Positions 27,946 through 37,711 of a stretch of DNA of 61,305 nt are shown here, in pieces. The DNA is from Eubacteriales bacterium. GTDB lineage: Bacteria; Bacillota; Clostridia; Oscillospirales; CAG-272. Each line of letters opens with the position of its first letter. The stretch's first letter is position 1. The translations under genes were made by a program, and so were the position numbers. The stretch lies in NCBI GenBank assembly GCA_045644125.1, contig JAZRGJ010000103.1, positions 1 to 61,305 of the forward strand. Direction: 5' to 3'. The notes below the pieces were generated by a model. It had not been told where the DNA came from and searched no databases. It saw only the letters and a program-made list of their open reading frames with translations.

Positions 27946-27949
27946 GAAT

Positions 27950-27985
27950 AAAAGCAGGAGAAAAAATCTCCTGCTTTTATTTTAT
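27950..27985. terminator. bidirectional rho-independent terminator
   Basis: Stem AGCAGGAGA / TCTCCTGCT with loop AAAAA, then TTTATTTTAT, between convergent genes. Confidence 0.75.
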
Positions 27986-27989
27986 AAAA

Positions 27990-28763
27990 TTAAATTATGC
28001 TCTTGCCTTCCCAATCCTCGTCGGGATAAAATCCCATAACGGATGCTATCGTGGGGGCTATGTCGAGAAGTGAAAGCTGTTCTTTTATTTCGCCTTTTGT
28101 AAAGCTTTCGCCGATAAAGAAAAAGGGGATCGTCATATCTTCGGGAATATCAAGGCCGTGCGTCCTATCGTGTCCGCCGTGGTCTGCCATAATTACGACG
28201 TGATATTCATTGCCATAAGCTTCTATTATTTTTTTAACGTTATCAATGGCAATGGATATTCTTCTTAAATATTCGTCGCTCATCCAGCCAACGTCGTGCC
28301 CGCCCTTGTCGTCGGTATCAACGAGATAAAGGAAAACGAAATCGGGATGATATTCCGAAATGAGTTTGTCACATTCGTCCGTAAGAATCGTATCAACGCT
28401 TTCTGCGGCGCGGAAGTTCATATATTTTGCGTGCATAAGCGAGCCGGGGCGTGAAATGTCACGAATAGGCTCCCAACCGTAAAACATAGCGCTTTTGCCG
28501 CCTGCTTCTTTTATCTTTTCGAAAAGTCCTTTAACGGGGCGCACCTCGGGGGCGTAAGTGTTAGTAAGTATTCCGTGGCGCTGCGGCGTTACGGAGTGCG
28601 CCATTGAATAATGGCAGGGAAGAGTTACGGACGGTATCATAGAGCTTGCGGAGTAAGTGTAAGCCGACATTTTTTCAAGCTCCGAAAGATAGGGGTTTCC
28701 GCATTTTTTGAGCCCGTCGGGGCGCATTCCGTCAATCGATATTAAAATCAATTTGTTTTTCAT
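27990..28763 (-). CDS. alkaline-phosphatase superfamily phosphodiesterase/nucleotide pyrophosphatase-like protein
   Basis: LILISIDGMRPD (metal/nucleophile region), TLPCHYSM, YLVDTDDKGGHDVGW and MADHGGHD are typical type I phosphodiesterase / AP-superfamily motifs. Confidence 0.65.
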   Translation of the reverse strand: MKNKLILISIDGMRPDGLKKCGNPYLSELEKMSAYTYSASSMIPSVTLPCHYSMAHSVTPQRHGILTNTYAPEVRPVKGLFEKIKEAGGKSAMFYGWEPIRDISRPGSLMHAKYMNFRAAESVDTILTDECDKLISEYHPDFVFLYLVDTDDKGGHDVGWMSDEYLRRISIAIDNVKKIIEAYGNEYHVVIMADHGGHDRTHGLDIPEDMTIPFFFIGESFTKGEIKEQLSLLDIAPTIASVMGFYPDEDWEGKSII

Positions 28764-29974
28764 ACTTTAGCCCTTTTCTTGAAAATTTTAGTAAGAGGTA
28801 ACGATATGATAAGCGCAATAATCATAAGAGCAAAGCAAGCTATAATTACGCAAGTCCAGTCATTGTCAACGACGAGCAAGGGGAATATTACGCTTGCCGC
28901 TGCCGCAGCCATATAGCTTAAGAAGTCGAGGAATCCCGTGATGGTGGAAACCACTCCGGTTTTGTAAAGGCTGGGGCAATAAATGCTCCAAAGCACGGTT
29001 GCCGCCGCATTCGAGGCAAGAACGGAGATAACGAGAACGATAATATTTGCAATTCTGTTATGTATGAAAATAAGCGAGCCGAAGCCGAGCGAGGCAAGCA
29101 AGAACCAAAGAATCAGCGAAAGGTTCATATTTCTGCCGATGCGCTCGTATACGAAAATTGAAATAAAGGCTGCGGCGGATATAACGATAGTGGTAATGCT
29201 GAACATTCCCTCAGCTTCGGTTTCGTTGTATGAGAGATGTTCGGCAAAATAAAGGGTAAAGAAGCCGACAAGCGAGGTTCTTATAATACCCGTTATCATA
29301 GAAACTGCGGAGAATCTTAAAAGCTGATGCTCTTTTATAAGAAGCTTGACGCTGGCCTTTTCCTGATTTTTTTCCGCCTTGTACTGATTGTATTTTACGA
29401 TGCCGCGCTTTTCAAGCATAAGGAACGATAAAAAGCAAACAGAACCCATAACCGCAAGTGATATACTGCTGATTCCGAAAGCCCATTGCCAAGAAACCAT
29501 CATTGCGATAACGCCCGCAAGAGGTGAGCCGAAGAATGAGGAGAAGGTATAGCCAAGACTGCATCTTACGGCATGAATGGGCTCAGTGTTTTCGGAAACG
29601 ACCTTCGTCATAGGTCCGTATATAAACGAGAGAAAGAATCCCGTAAGTCCGTATACCGCAATTGAAATGAAATCAACATGCGCAATAAATGGGTATATAG
29701 CGTTTGTCACCGCGGAAAGCAAAAGTCCGAGGCTTATCATATATTTTGCTTTTATTTTGTCGCCGAGCCAGCCGTTTATAAGCTGACCGAAAGCGTAAAA
29801 AACAAAAAATGAAGCAGAGAGCAAGCCGATTGATTCTTTGTCAAAATTACCGGTCTGTTTCATCTGCGCCGAAACTGCTGAAAGTATGTTTCTCGCAAAA
29901 TAAACGGAAAGATAAGCTATGGAGCATAAAGTTCCTAAAAGAAAGGCGTTTTTTGCATTTTTTGAAAGTTTCAT
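28760..29974 (-). CDS. MFS transporter, organophosphate:phosphate antiporter-like
   Basis: A 12-TM pattern. The N-terminus YLSVYFARNILSAV...GLLSASFFVFYAFGQLINGWLGDKIKAK resembles GlpT/UhpC-type MFS proteins. The start is set at the ATG at 29974 behind GAGGA; the track TTG is at 30004. Confidence 0.7.
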   Translation of the reverse strand: MKLSKNAKNAFLLGTLCSIAYLSVYFARNILSAVSAQMKQTGNFDKESIGLLSASFFVFYAFGQLINGWLGDKIKAKYMISLGLLLSAVTNAIYPFIAHVDFISIAVYGLTGFFLSFIYGPMTKVVSENTEPIHAVRCSLGYTFSSFFGSPLAGVIAMMVSWQWAFGISSISLAVMGSVCFLSFLMLEKRGIVKYNQYKAEKNQEKASVKLLIKEHQLLRFSAVSMITGIIRTSLVGFFTLYFAEHLSYNETEAEGMFSITTIVISAAAFISIFVYERIGRNMNLSLILWFLLASLGFGSLIFIHNRIANIIVLVISVLASNAAATVLWSIYCPSLYKTGVVSTITGFLDFLSYMAAAAASVIFPLLVVDNDWTCVIIACFALMIIALIISLPLTKIFKKRAKV

Positions 29975-29990
29975 TTTAAAATCCTCAGAA

Positions 29991-30839
29991 TCAATGTTCT
30001 TCAACGTTGTGGGAAGTTATAATATTTTTTATTCTTGCGTAAGAATGTTTGTCTCCGTCCATAACACTCTCTAAATAAGACGTGAGCGCGTCAACCAAGG
30101 CCAGCTGCGAACTTCGGATTTCATTAGGCATAGCCGACTCGGAGTTGCCGCTTGCTCCTGCGATCAGAGCAAAATCGGCGAGCTTGGCAAGGGGTGAGTT
30201 CTTGTTTGACGTGATGGCAATTACGGGCGCTGAATTTTCCTTCGCTATTCTTACGGCGTCAATTACGTCTTTTGTCTTGCCGGAAGAAGAAACCGCAATG
30301 ACAAGACTGTTTTTATCGAGCATTGCCGCAGAAACCGCAGACGTAAGAACGTCGTTGACGGAAGATGCGCATATTCCTAGCTGGAGCAACTGATAGTAAA
30401 GATCCGTAGCAACGCAGGAAGAGCGGTAAACACCGTATATTTCTACGCGTTTTGCCGCAAGAATTAAAGCGGCGGCGGAGAGCAAATCTTCATTTGTATT
30501 TATCAGCTCGGTGTTGCGAAGCGCTATTGTTTTGTTTTTGTTGTTTCTGATAAGCGCTTCAATAACGCTTCCGTTTTCGCTCTCCGCGCCGACAGCCGTT
30601 TTAACGTATGAAGACAGCGCCTCGGCTACCTTGAGTTTCAGAATCGGGAAGCCGCCTTTTGCGTATTTGTTTGAAAAGTTAACGATGCTTCCTTGTGAGA
30701 CGGGTATGAGAGAGGAGAGTTCTTTCAGAGAATATTCCGTGAATTTTTTCGGATCTTTAATTATGAATGCGGCAATATCCGCTTCAACGCCGTGAAGCAA
30801 TGGGAGTAAAGCCGAAATCTCATTTAAAATATTTGCCAT
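29991..30839 (-). CDS. MurR/RpiR family transcriptional regulator (HTH_6 plus SIS domain)
   Basis: The N-terminal HTH (SLKELSSLIPVSQGSIVNFSNKYAKGGF) and the SIS motif VIAVSSSGKTKDVI. Confidence 0.8.
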   Translation of the reverse strand: MANILNEISALLPLLHGVEADIAAFIIKDPKKFTEYSLKELSSLIPVSQGSIVNFSNKYAKGGFPILKLKVAEALSSYVKTAVGAESENGSVIEALIRNNKNKTIALRNTELINTNEDLLSAAALILAAKRVEIYGVYRSSCVATDLYYQLLQLGICASSVNDVLTSAVSAAMLDKNSLVIAVSSSGKTKDVIDAVRIAKENSAPVIAITSNKNSPLAKLADFALIAGASGNSESAMPNEIRSSQLALVDALTSYLESVMDGDKHSYARIKNIITSHNVEEH

Positions 30840-30971
30840 AAGCCCTCTTTTGAAAAAAACTCATTTTATTTTCGCGCAGAAATGATTATATCACAATAAT
30901 ATGCTCGTGTCAATACGTTAATCAATTTTATATTCGTCGTAAAAAATATTCAAAACTTATTATCGGCAAAC

Positions 30972-31003
30972 AAAAAAATCGCGGTTTAAAACCGCGATTT
31001 TTA
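30972..31003. terminator. bidirectional rho-independent terminator
   Basis: The palindrome AAAAATCGCGGTTTAAACCGCGATTTTT lies immediately downstream of the minus-strand MFS gene. Confidence 0.7.
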
Positions 31004-31005
31004 AA

Positions 31006-32253
31006 TCATTTTTGCAAATAATTTTTTTCAAATTTTCTCCAAATCGGTATCATAATGGATATAATAACCAACGAGACAGCCACGATCGCGAACCAACACG
31101 TCGCAGTGATTTGCCAACCGAAAGAGTCGGCGATTCGCGCGAAAACGTAATTTGCAAGTACTATACCGAGCGACGCCATACAGTTGAAAAGGCCTGAAAG
31201 CGTTGCCACGCTGCCGAACTTTTCAAACTTTTTCGAAATATAAGAAAAGAATATCGACGTACCGGACGTTGATACCATAAGAAGCGTAAGAGCAGCTACT
31301 ATGAAGCCGACCTCAAGCTTGCCGATAAACATTATAGCAGCGAGAGGAATGAGCATTATGGCAAAGAAAAGCGCAATTATGAATGGTTCGTTGAACTTTT
31401 TAAATATCGGAATGCGTGATACGCAAAGTCCGACAGGGCCTGCCAGAACAAGAATTATATTAAGAGCATTTGCAAGCGCCGGCGTAAGACTTTCGTACGA
31501 TTCCATAAGCATTGTCGGCGCTAACGCTTTAACACCGAGATTTATCATACTTTGTATTATACCGACGAAGAGGGCCAAGGGAATTCCCGCTTTTATTATA
31601 AGTTTAAGCAATTCTTTTCCGGGAAGCTTCTTCGCAGGATTCGCCGCCACGACCGCTCCTGCATTTTCAATAACCATATCGCGCTTAAGAAAGGAATATA
31701 CGGAGAAGAAGAGGAGGCAAAGAACGAAAAGCGTTATGGCGGAAACCAAGAAATTAAATTTCCATTCGCTCATAAAAATTGCTATCAGGTACGATACGAG
31801 AAGTCCGACGGAGGAACTGAAATTTATAAAGAATATACATCTCATTCTGTGGTCGGGCGAAAGCTCGGTTGCGACAATTTTGAAAATTGATGGCCATATA
31901 CCAAACTGGCACACAGCATTTATCGACCATATAATTAACATTCCGACGTAATCGTCAATGAAATAAATGAGAAGATTGCATATTCCTGCGCCAAACATTC
32001 CTATAAGTATAAGCTTTGCGGGCGAATACTTGTCTGCCGCAATTCCTCCCACCACCTGAAACGGCGCATAGAAGAGATAAAAGGCTGCCGCAATGAGTCC
32101 CGTTTGGCTCTTCGACATAACCCCGGCATCTACTATTGACGCCATAGCCGCGCTGTAACAGTTTTTCGTCATGTATATCAAGGAATAAACGACGAAAACG
32201 AGAAGAAAAAGATACGCGCTCTTTTTGTGATCAACAAGGCATTTGCGTTCCAT
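31006..32253 (-). CDS. MFS transporter
   Basis: A 12-TM ORF. GLIAAAFYLFYAPFQVVGGIAADKYSPAK is the MFS loop 2-3 signature region. The start is at the ATG at 32253 behind AGGAAAGAGG. Confidence 0.7.
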   Translation of the reverse strand: MERKCLVDHKKSAYLFLLVFVVYSLIYMTKNCYSAAMASIVDAGVMSKSQTGLIAAAFYLFYAPFQVVGGIAADKYSPAKLILIGMFGAGICNLLIYFIDDYVGMLIIWSINAVCQFGIWPSIFKIVATELSPDHRMRCIFFINFSSSVGLLVSYLIAIFMSEWKFNFLVSAITLFVLCLLFFSVYSFLKRDMVIENAGAVVAANPAKKLPGKELLKLIIKAGIPLALFVGIIQSMINLGVKALAPTMLMESYESLTPALANALNIILVLAGPVGLCVSRIPIFKKFNEPFIIALFFAIMLIPLAAIMFIGKLEVGFIVAALTLLMVSTSGTSIFFSYISKKFEKFGSVATLSGLFNCMASLGIVLANYVFARIADSFGWQITATCWFAIVAVSLVIISIMIPIWRKFEKNYLQK

Positions 32254-32411
32254 TAACAAGCCTCTTTCCTAAATATGTTTCATTTTAAGTAACATTATAT
32301 CACTATCATATCAATTTATCAAGAAGAATTTTAAAGACTTAATTTAAAAAATTATGCTGCAACATAAAAAATTTCGACTTAAATAATGAAATTCGGGATT
32401 TCGCATTTTGA

Positions 32412-32460
32412 AAATAGGAAAGAGAGCGAAGATGTTTTGATCTTCACTCTCTTTTTTTGA
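32412..32460 (-). terminator. probable rho-independent terminator of the symporter gene
   Basis: An imperfect 13-bp stem (AGAGAGCGAAGAT / ATCTTCACTCTCT) with flanking A/T runs, 40 nt downstream of the stop at 32497. Confidence 0.5.
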
Positions 32461-32496
32461 CTGTTTATAAGGTTTTAAAAGTCGGGATTTTTAAAG

Positions 32497-33939
32497 CTAT
32501 TCTTCGGCCGTGTCTTTCCAAACGGTTACGCTCTTGTCCTTGTATCGCTTTTTGAATATTTTTCTTCGGAAAAGAAACGTCGTATAAACTATCCACAAAA
32601 CGAAGAATATTGCGCAGGCGATAATGGCGTTAGTCAGCGACTTGCCTGCAAAGCTGAGCATAAGTAAGAGCGGCGCTATCATCAACATAGCGGGGAAGTT
32701 TGAAAGAATGTAAAGGCTTGACGTGGGGGTGCGAAGATCGGGGTCAACCTCTTTCATGAGTATGACGCCGTTTGAAGCGGTTCCCGTAAGCGTTCCGAAG
32801 CTCATAAGGAAGAACTCGTGCTCGAATCCCTTAAAGCATTCCTTTGCAACCAAGCGCACGTAAACGTAGGTGATAAGAGCTCCGACAGCGCTGAGGATTA
32901 CGATGGGAAGAATGTAATTCTTTATATCGTTTATCTGAATTGCGGAAACTCCCGCAACTATCATAAGGTCGAAAGAAAATCCGGAGATGCGGTCCATCTG
33001 ATAATTGTTTATGTACTGGCGGTGCATCAGCTTGCGCTTGCGCAAGTTTTTAACTACGAATTTGATAAGCATAGCCGCAAGGGACGCCCACAGGAAGTTG
33101 AAGCCCCAGGCAATGTTGTTCGTGAAATCGGAGAGCGCGCCAAGGAGGCACATAAAGCCGAAGGAAAGAGCGTAGGCGATGGCAACGAAGCCTATCTGCA
33201 AAGAAAATTTATCAACCGACTCGTTGTCGGGCAATTCGTCTTCATTGACTTCAAACTGAGCCATATACTGCTTTTTGTGATCTGAGCTGCGTACTTGTAA
33301 ATCTCCGCGTTTTTTGTGAACGTTGATATAGAAAACTCCGAAAACGGAAGCAACCACGAACCCGATAGATGCAAGAGATAAGCCGAAGCTACCGTTGCCT
33401 GCAAACTGAGCTGCGGGAGTATTCGTGAAATCAATATCCCAGCTGAGCGCATTTCCGGGGCCCTGGCCGTAAGCGAGGGGGAGGATCAAGCCGCAAACGT
33501 AGGAGATAACCGTGCTGCCGTATCTCGTTATCAAAAATAAAATCAAGGTGATTCCAAGGCCGACGAAAGCTTGCAACATATAGGTTGCGCCCTGCAATGC
33601 GCCGAATTCAACTATTTGCGAGCGCTCTGTCTTAACGGTGTTTTTTTCCGTTTTCAAGGTCATAGCGGCAAAGCCGATTGCGAGGCAATGGTAGGTAATA
33701 ACCTGCATAAGTCGGTTGTCGACAAGCTCGAAGCCGCATTGCTTGCAAATAATATCAACGAGAAGAAGAGTACCGCCGCCCAAAAGCGCGGAGGGGATCA
33801 AGCAATTTCTGAAGAAGGGGATTTTGCGTCTTAAAATGTTGCCGAGCATTAAAAACATCAAAAGCAAGCCGAGCTGAACGAGAAACGCCCAAACGGCTCC
33901 GTAATTTTCCATGGAAAAATCCCAACTAGACGTGTTCAT
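32497..33939 (-). CDS. sodium:glutamate symporter (GltS family)-like membrane transporter
   Basis: A polytopic ORF. The N-terminus LGLLLMFLMLGNILRRKIPFFRNCLIPSALLGGG resembles GltS-family proteins. The start is at the ATG at 33939 behind GGAG. Confidence 0.5.
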   Translation of the reverse strand: MNTSSWDFSMENYGAVWAFLVQLGLLLMFLMLGNILRRKIPFFRNCLIPSALLGGGTLLLVDIICKQCGFELVDNRLMQVITYHCLAIGFAAMTLKTEKNTVKTERSQIVEFGALQGATYMLQAFVGLGITLILFLITRYGSTVISYVCGLILPLAYGQGPGNALSWDIDFTNTPAAQFAGNGSFGLSLASIGFVVASVFGVFYINVHKKRGDLQVRSSDHKKQYMAQFEVNEDELPDNESVDKFSLQIGFVAIAYALSFGFMCLLGALSDFTNNIAWGFNFLWASLAAMLIKFVVKNLRKRKLMHRQYINNYQMDRISGFSFDLMIVAGVSAIQINDIKNYILPIVILSAVGALITYVYVRLVAKECFKGFEHEFFLMSFGTLTGTASNGVILMKEVDPDLRTPTSSLYILSNFPAMLMIAPLLLMLSFAGKSLTNAIIACAIFFVLWIVYTTFLFRRKIFKKRYKDKSVTVWKDTAEE

Positions 33940-34018
33940 AAAGTCACACTCCTTTTTTGTGATTTGCAATGTAAATATATATAAATATTTAGTAATTCAG
34001 TCAACCGTTAACGCCAAT

Positions 34019-34048
34019 ATTATAATCCCGAAAAAACGCTTTTGTCAA
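34019..34048 (-). promoter_or_regulatory. sigma-A promoter (TTGACA-N18-TATAAT on the minus strand) for the symporter gene
   Basis: The minus strand reads TTGACAAAAGCGTTTTTTCGGGATTATAAT. Confidence 0.5.
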
Positions 34049-34234
34049 TTGAAAACGCCAAAAGTTTACATTTGCGTTACAAATTCAAATGCCCAAAAGC
34101 TGTGTTTTAACCCTTTATTTTGAAGTGTTTTCCCTGAAAATGGCCGCATAAAAGAAAAAATTCAAAGTCACCGGTATCGGAACTTTGATGTGAAGAAATA
34201 ATATTAATATCACAAAACGGAGGTTGAGAAATAC

Positions 34235-34282
34235 ATGCGCCGCCGCGCGTATTTTCTCATAAAAGGCAAAAAAGATGGCTGA
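34235..34282 (+). CDS. possible 15-codon upstream ORF (MRRRAYFLIKGKKDG) overlapping the start of the oxidoreductase gene
   Basis: The ATG at 34235 lies 8 nt after a strong GGAGG. Its TGA at 34280-34282 overlaps the ATG at 34275 of the main ORF, which itself lacks a good SD. Confidence 0.3.
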   Translation: MRRRAYFLIKGKKDG

Positions 34283-35585
34283 AAATATCAGATCAATATG
34301 GCAAGACGATGCGCCGAGGGTGAGTTTTGAAAGCTTTGAGGGAGATAAAAAAACTGACGTTTTAATAATCGGCGCAGGAATTGCGGGGATTTTATGCGCC
34401 TATAAGCTGAAAAATGCGGGAGTGGACTGTTTGGTTTTGGAAGCCGCAAATATTTGCGGCGGTATCACGAAAAACACCACGGCTAAAATCACTTTACAGC
34501 ACGGCTTGATTTACGATAAAATGATACGCCGCATCGGAGAGGATAAAGCGCGCTTGTATATAGAAGCTCAAAGCCGCGCTTGCGAAGAATACGCCGCGCT
34601 TTGCGAAAATACAGACTGTGATTACGAGGCGCGTGATAATTTCGTCTATTCGCTGGGCGACCGAAAGAAAATCGAAAAGGAGATTGCCGCTCTCGAGCGC
34701 CTCGGAGTGAAAGCCGAGTTTTCGGAGGCGGAGGAGTTGCCGTTTTCCGTGGCGGGCGCTGTGCGAGTTGGGCGGCAGGCGCAGTTTCACCCGTTGAAAT
34801 TTTTATATTCCGTCGCAAAGGATTTGCCGATTTTCGAAAACAGTAAGGTCACGGAGTTTTTGCCGGAGATGGCAATTACGGAGCGTGGAAAAATAAGATA
34901 TAAAAAGCTGATTATCGCAACTCATTTTCCGATTCTCAATAAGCACGGCCTATACCCTTTGAAGCTCTATCAGCATCGCTCCTACGTCCTTGCGCTTAAA
35001 GCTGCGCAAAAAGTGAACGGAATGTACGTTGACGAAGCGGATACGGGGATGTCGTTTCGAAGCTACGGCGAGCTTCTGCTCCTTGGCGGCGGAGGGCATC
35101 GCACGGGTAAGAGCGGCGGCTGTTGGCAAGAGCTTGAAGCCTTTGCGAAGAAGCATTATAAAAATGCCGAAGTCGTGAGAAAATGGGCGACGCAGGACAC
35201 CGTGTCTTTGGATGACGCGCCATATATCGGGCGGTATTCAAGGTCAACGCCCGAGGTATTCGTGGCAACGGGATTTAATAAATGGGGAATGACTAACGCC
35301 ATGGTTTCTGCCGACGTTCTTTGTAATCTCGTTCAGGATAAACCCGATCCTTACGCCAAAATCTTTTCGCCGTCAAGAAGCGTTTTCCGACCTCAACTTG
35401 CCATCAACGCATTTGAATCGGCGCTTGGACTTCTGACGCCCACCGCGCCTCGTTGCCCCCATCTCGGTTGCGCCCTAAAATATAACCGCGCCGAGCATAG
35501 CTGGGATTGCCCGTGCCACGGAAGCCGCTTTACCGAGCAGGGCGAGCTGATTGACAATCCCGCAACGGACGATAAAAGAATGTAG
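34275..35585 (+). CDS. FAD-dependent oxidoreductase fused to a C-terminal Rieske 2Fe-2S domain
   Basis: The dinucleotide-binding motif DVLIIGAGIAGILCAY and the C-terminal Rieske motifs CPHLGC...CPCHGS. Confidence 0.8.
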   Translation: MAENIRSIWQDDAPRVSFESFEGDKKTDVLIIGAGIAGILCAYKLKNAGVDCLVLEAANICGGITKNTTAKITLQHGLIYDKMIRRIGEDKARLYIEAQSRACEEYAALCENTDCDYEARDNFVYSLGDRKKIEKEIAALERLGVKAEFSEAEELPFSVAGAVRVGRQAQFHPLKFLYSVAKDLPIFENSKVTEFLPEMAITERGKIRYKKLIIATHFPILNKHGLYPLKLYQHRSYVLALKAAQKVNGMYVDEADTGMSFRSYGELLLLGGGGHRTGKSGGCWQELEAFAKKHYKNAEVVRKWATQDTVSLDDAPYIGRYSRSTPEVFVATGFNKWGMTNAMVSADVLCNLVQDKPDPYAKIFSPSRSVFRPQLAINAFESALGLLTPTAPRCPHLGCALKYNRAEHSWDCPCHGSRFTEQGELIDNPATDDKRM

Positions 35586-35650
35586 CGGTATAGCTTGGCG
35601 CTCCGTGGGAAATAATAGTATTAAATCACAAACGGAGGTCGATATTCGTT

Positions 35651-36313
35651 ATGTTCAAACACGAAAAGATTTTATTTCATCCGGTAGAAGTCGAAAGACC
35701 GAATCCGCAATACGCCGTTTTGCTTCAAGAACAGCTTGGCGGCGGTAACGGCGAATTAAAGGCGGCAATGCAATATATGTCGCAAAGCTTCAGAATCAAG
35801 GATCCCGAAATTAAGGACCTGTTTCTTGACATCGCCGCAGAGGAGCTTTCGCATCTTGAAATGGTTTCGCAAACCGTTAATCTGCTCAACGGTCACGAAG
35901 TTGATGCGACACGGGTGCTGTCGGGAGAAATACAAACGCACGTTCAAAACGGGCTCAATCCCGGACTAATCAATGCTTCCGGCTATTCCTGGACGGCGGA
36001 TTACGTTACCGTCACGGGCGACTTGTGCGCTGATTTGCTCTCAAACATTGCCTCGGAGCAGCGCGCAAAGGTGGTTTACGAGTATCTCTATCGCCAAATC
36101 GAAGACAAAAAGGTGCGTGAAACTATCGATTTTCTCCTTAACAGAGAGGAAGCGCACAATCAAATGTTCCGTGACGCCTTTAATAAAGTGCAAGAAAGCG
36201 GCTCAAACCGTGATTTCGGCACTACCAAAGCCGCAAAAATGTATTTCTCTCTCTCAAATCCGGGCCCAAACAGCTTCGCAACGGGAGAAACCAAGCCTCC
36301 GGAATTTAAGTAA
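35651..36313 (+). CDS. manganese catalase family protein (CotJC-like)
   Basis: LQEQLGGGNGELKAAMQYMSQSF and AAEELSHLEM are the di-Mn ferritin-like catalase motifs. Confidence 0.85.
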   Translation: MFKHEKILFHPVEVERPNPQYAVLLQEQLGGGNGELKAAMQYMSQSFRIKDPEIKDLFLDIAAEELSHLEMVSQTVNLLNGHEVDATRVLSGEIQTHVQNGLNPGLINASGYSWTADYVTVTGDLCADLLSNIASEQRAKVVYEYLYRQIEDKKVRETIDFLLNREEAHNQMFRDAFNKVQESGSNRDFGTTKAAKMYFSLSNPGPNSFATGETKPPEFK

Positions 36314-36340
36314 TTCCGCCCGAAAACGCCGTCAGCAGAA

Positions 36341-36369
36341 CAGCCTCCGACAAGCGGAGGCTGTTTTTT
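36341..36369 (+). terminator. rho-independent terminator
   Basis: Stem CAGCCTCCG / CGGAGGCTG with loop ACAAG, followed by TTTTTT. Confidence 0.8.
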
Positions 36370-36370
36370 A

Positions 36371-37600
36371 TTACTGTTTTTTGAAAGTGATATTTCCCGA
36401 GTTATAAATAAACGTTCCGAAGAGCGTCCAGTAAACGAAAACTAATGCGTCGGGATTAAACTGCTTGTTCGGCATCTCACGGAGCATAACATTTTCTTTC
36501 GTATCGGCGCAAGCCTTTTCGGCATCTGCTTTCGCTTCTTCAAGGCTGTAATAAATCTTGGAATTTACCGAGCCGGATTCCGTATCAAACTTATATCTGA
36601 TATTTCCCCCCTTAAGAGCGAGGTAACGCGCGAGAACCTTTTCTGCGTGTTTCTTTTCTTCGCCGGACTTGATTTCAACGATTTTCGAGAGAATTTTTAT
36701 GCATGCGGAATTTGAGAGATAGCGATAAAGGCCGGTGCCCCATTGGGTGCTATTGGGATTTCCCGCGTTCTTATAATAATCCCAGAACTTAAGCTGACGC
36801 GCTTCATCGGGTGTAAGCTCGATCGCGTATTCGGGATCGGCTTTTACGTATCCCGCAGAGAGCTCATCTCCTTCGTCTATAACACCGGTGATAAACACTC
36901 CGAATATAATGCGCTCCGTTGTGCCGGGCATAACGGTTGTTAAAACTGCAAGTCCGTTCTGCTTTGCGTTTGTAATCCGACGAGCCTTATGCGCTCCATT
37001 GTCGTCGAGATTTTCACCGGCATACGCTCTCCACTCGGTGAGCATTCTTGATTCGTAACAAACGAAGCTTTCTTTATGTATAGCGAGGAGCTCGTCATAA
37101 CTGATCTCGCCTCTATAATAACGACCGCAAGGAGAGCCTGCATTTAAACACCAGGCGCGTTTTTCTTTTTCAATGTTATATTTGATCTGCTCGGGAGAGC
37201 ATACGCCCTTGAAGCCGATGCAAGAATGCGAGCAACCGCCATCGCAGAAATTGGCTTTGAAGGCAAGGTTGCCGTGTTCCTTATTCTTAAGCTCAGCAGC
37301 AGAAAGCGTGCGCTTCTTATTTCCTTCGGCTACCGTTCGAGCGTAATGGCGTCTGATTTCTTCTGCTTTAGCCGCTGCCTTTGCGCGCTCTTCGGCTTCT
37401 TTCTTTGCAACCGCCTCATCAGCAATAACCTTGACTTCGTTCTGCGCTTCAGCATCGGCAAACTTTAAGAACTCGGCAAAGACATCGGGGTAACGGAAAT
37501 TCAACGTCTTTCCGGGGAATTCTGCAGTGACGATATTGTTTTCGAACTTTACGATTACACCCTCTCCGAATGTTTTGTGAATGACTTTTTTGTTAAGCAT
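36371..37600 (-). CDS. hypothetical protein with an N-terminal UvrD/PcrA-C-terminal-like (Tudor/DUF3553-like) domain, a charged coiled coil and a Cys-rich central region
   Basis: 409 aa with a GGAGA RBS. N-terminus KVIHKTFGEGVIVKFENNIVTAEFPGKTLNF. The middle region is FCDGGCSHSCIGFKGVCSP...WCLNAGSPCGRYY. The gene is driven by copy 4 of the island operator/promoter. Confidence 0.6.
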   Translation of the reverse strand: MLNKKVIHKTFGEGVIVKFENNIVTAEFPGKTLNFRYPDVFAEFLKFADAEAQNEVKVIADEAVAKKEAEERAKAAAKAEEIRRHYARTVAEGNKKRTLSAAELKNKEHGNLAFKANFCDGGCSHSCIGFKGVCSPEQIKYNIEKEKRAWCLNAGSPCGRYYRGEISYDELLAIHKESFVCYESRMLTEWRAYAGENLDDNGAHKARRITNAKQNGLAVLTTVMPGTTERIIFGVFITGVIDEGDELSAGYVKADPEYAIELTPDEARQLKFWDYYKNAGNPNSTQWGTGLYRYLSNSACIKILSKIVEIKSGEEKKHAEKVLARYLALKGGNIRYKFDTESGSVNSKIYYSLEEAKADAEKACADTKENVMLREMPNKQFNPDALVFVYWTLFGTFIYNSGNITFKKQ

Positions 37601-37664
37601 TGTTAGTTCTCCTTTTTAATTAAATTTCCGGCAAAAATGCTGTTTTGATTTTGCTTACGCCTAT

Positions 37665-37699
37665 ATTATACATTCCTTGTTTTCGATAAATCGGGTTTT
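37665..37699 (-). promoter_or_regulatory. island promoter/operator copy 4 (AAAACCCGAT-N19-TATAAT, minus strand)
   Basis: The minus strand reads AAAACCCGATTTATCGAAAACAAGGAATGTATAAT. It has the same geometry as the three + strand copies. Confidence 0.65.
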
Positions 37700-37711
37700 G
37701 GTGAATTTTTT

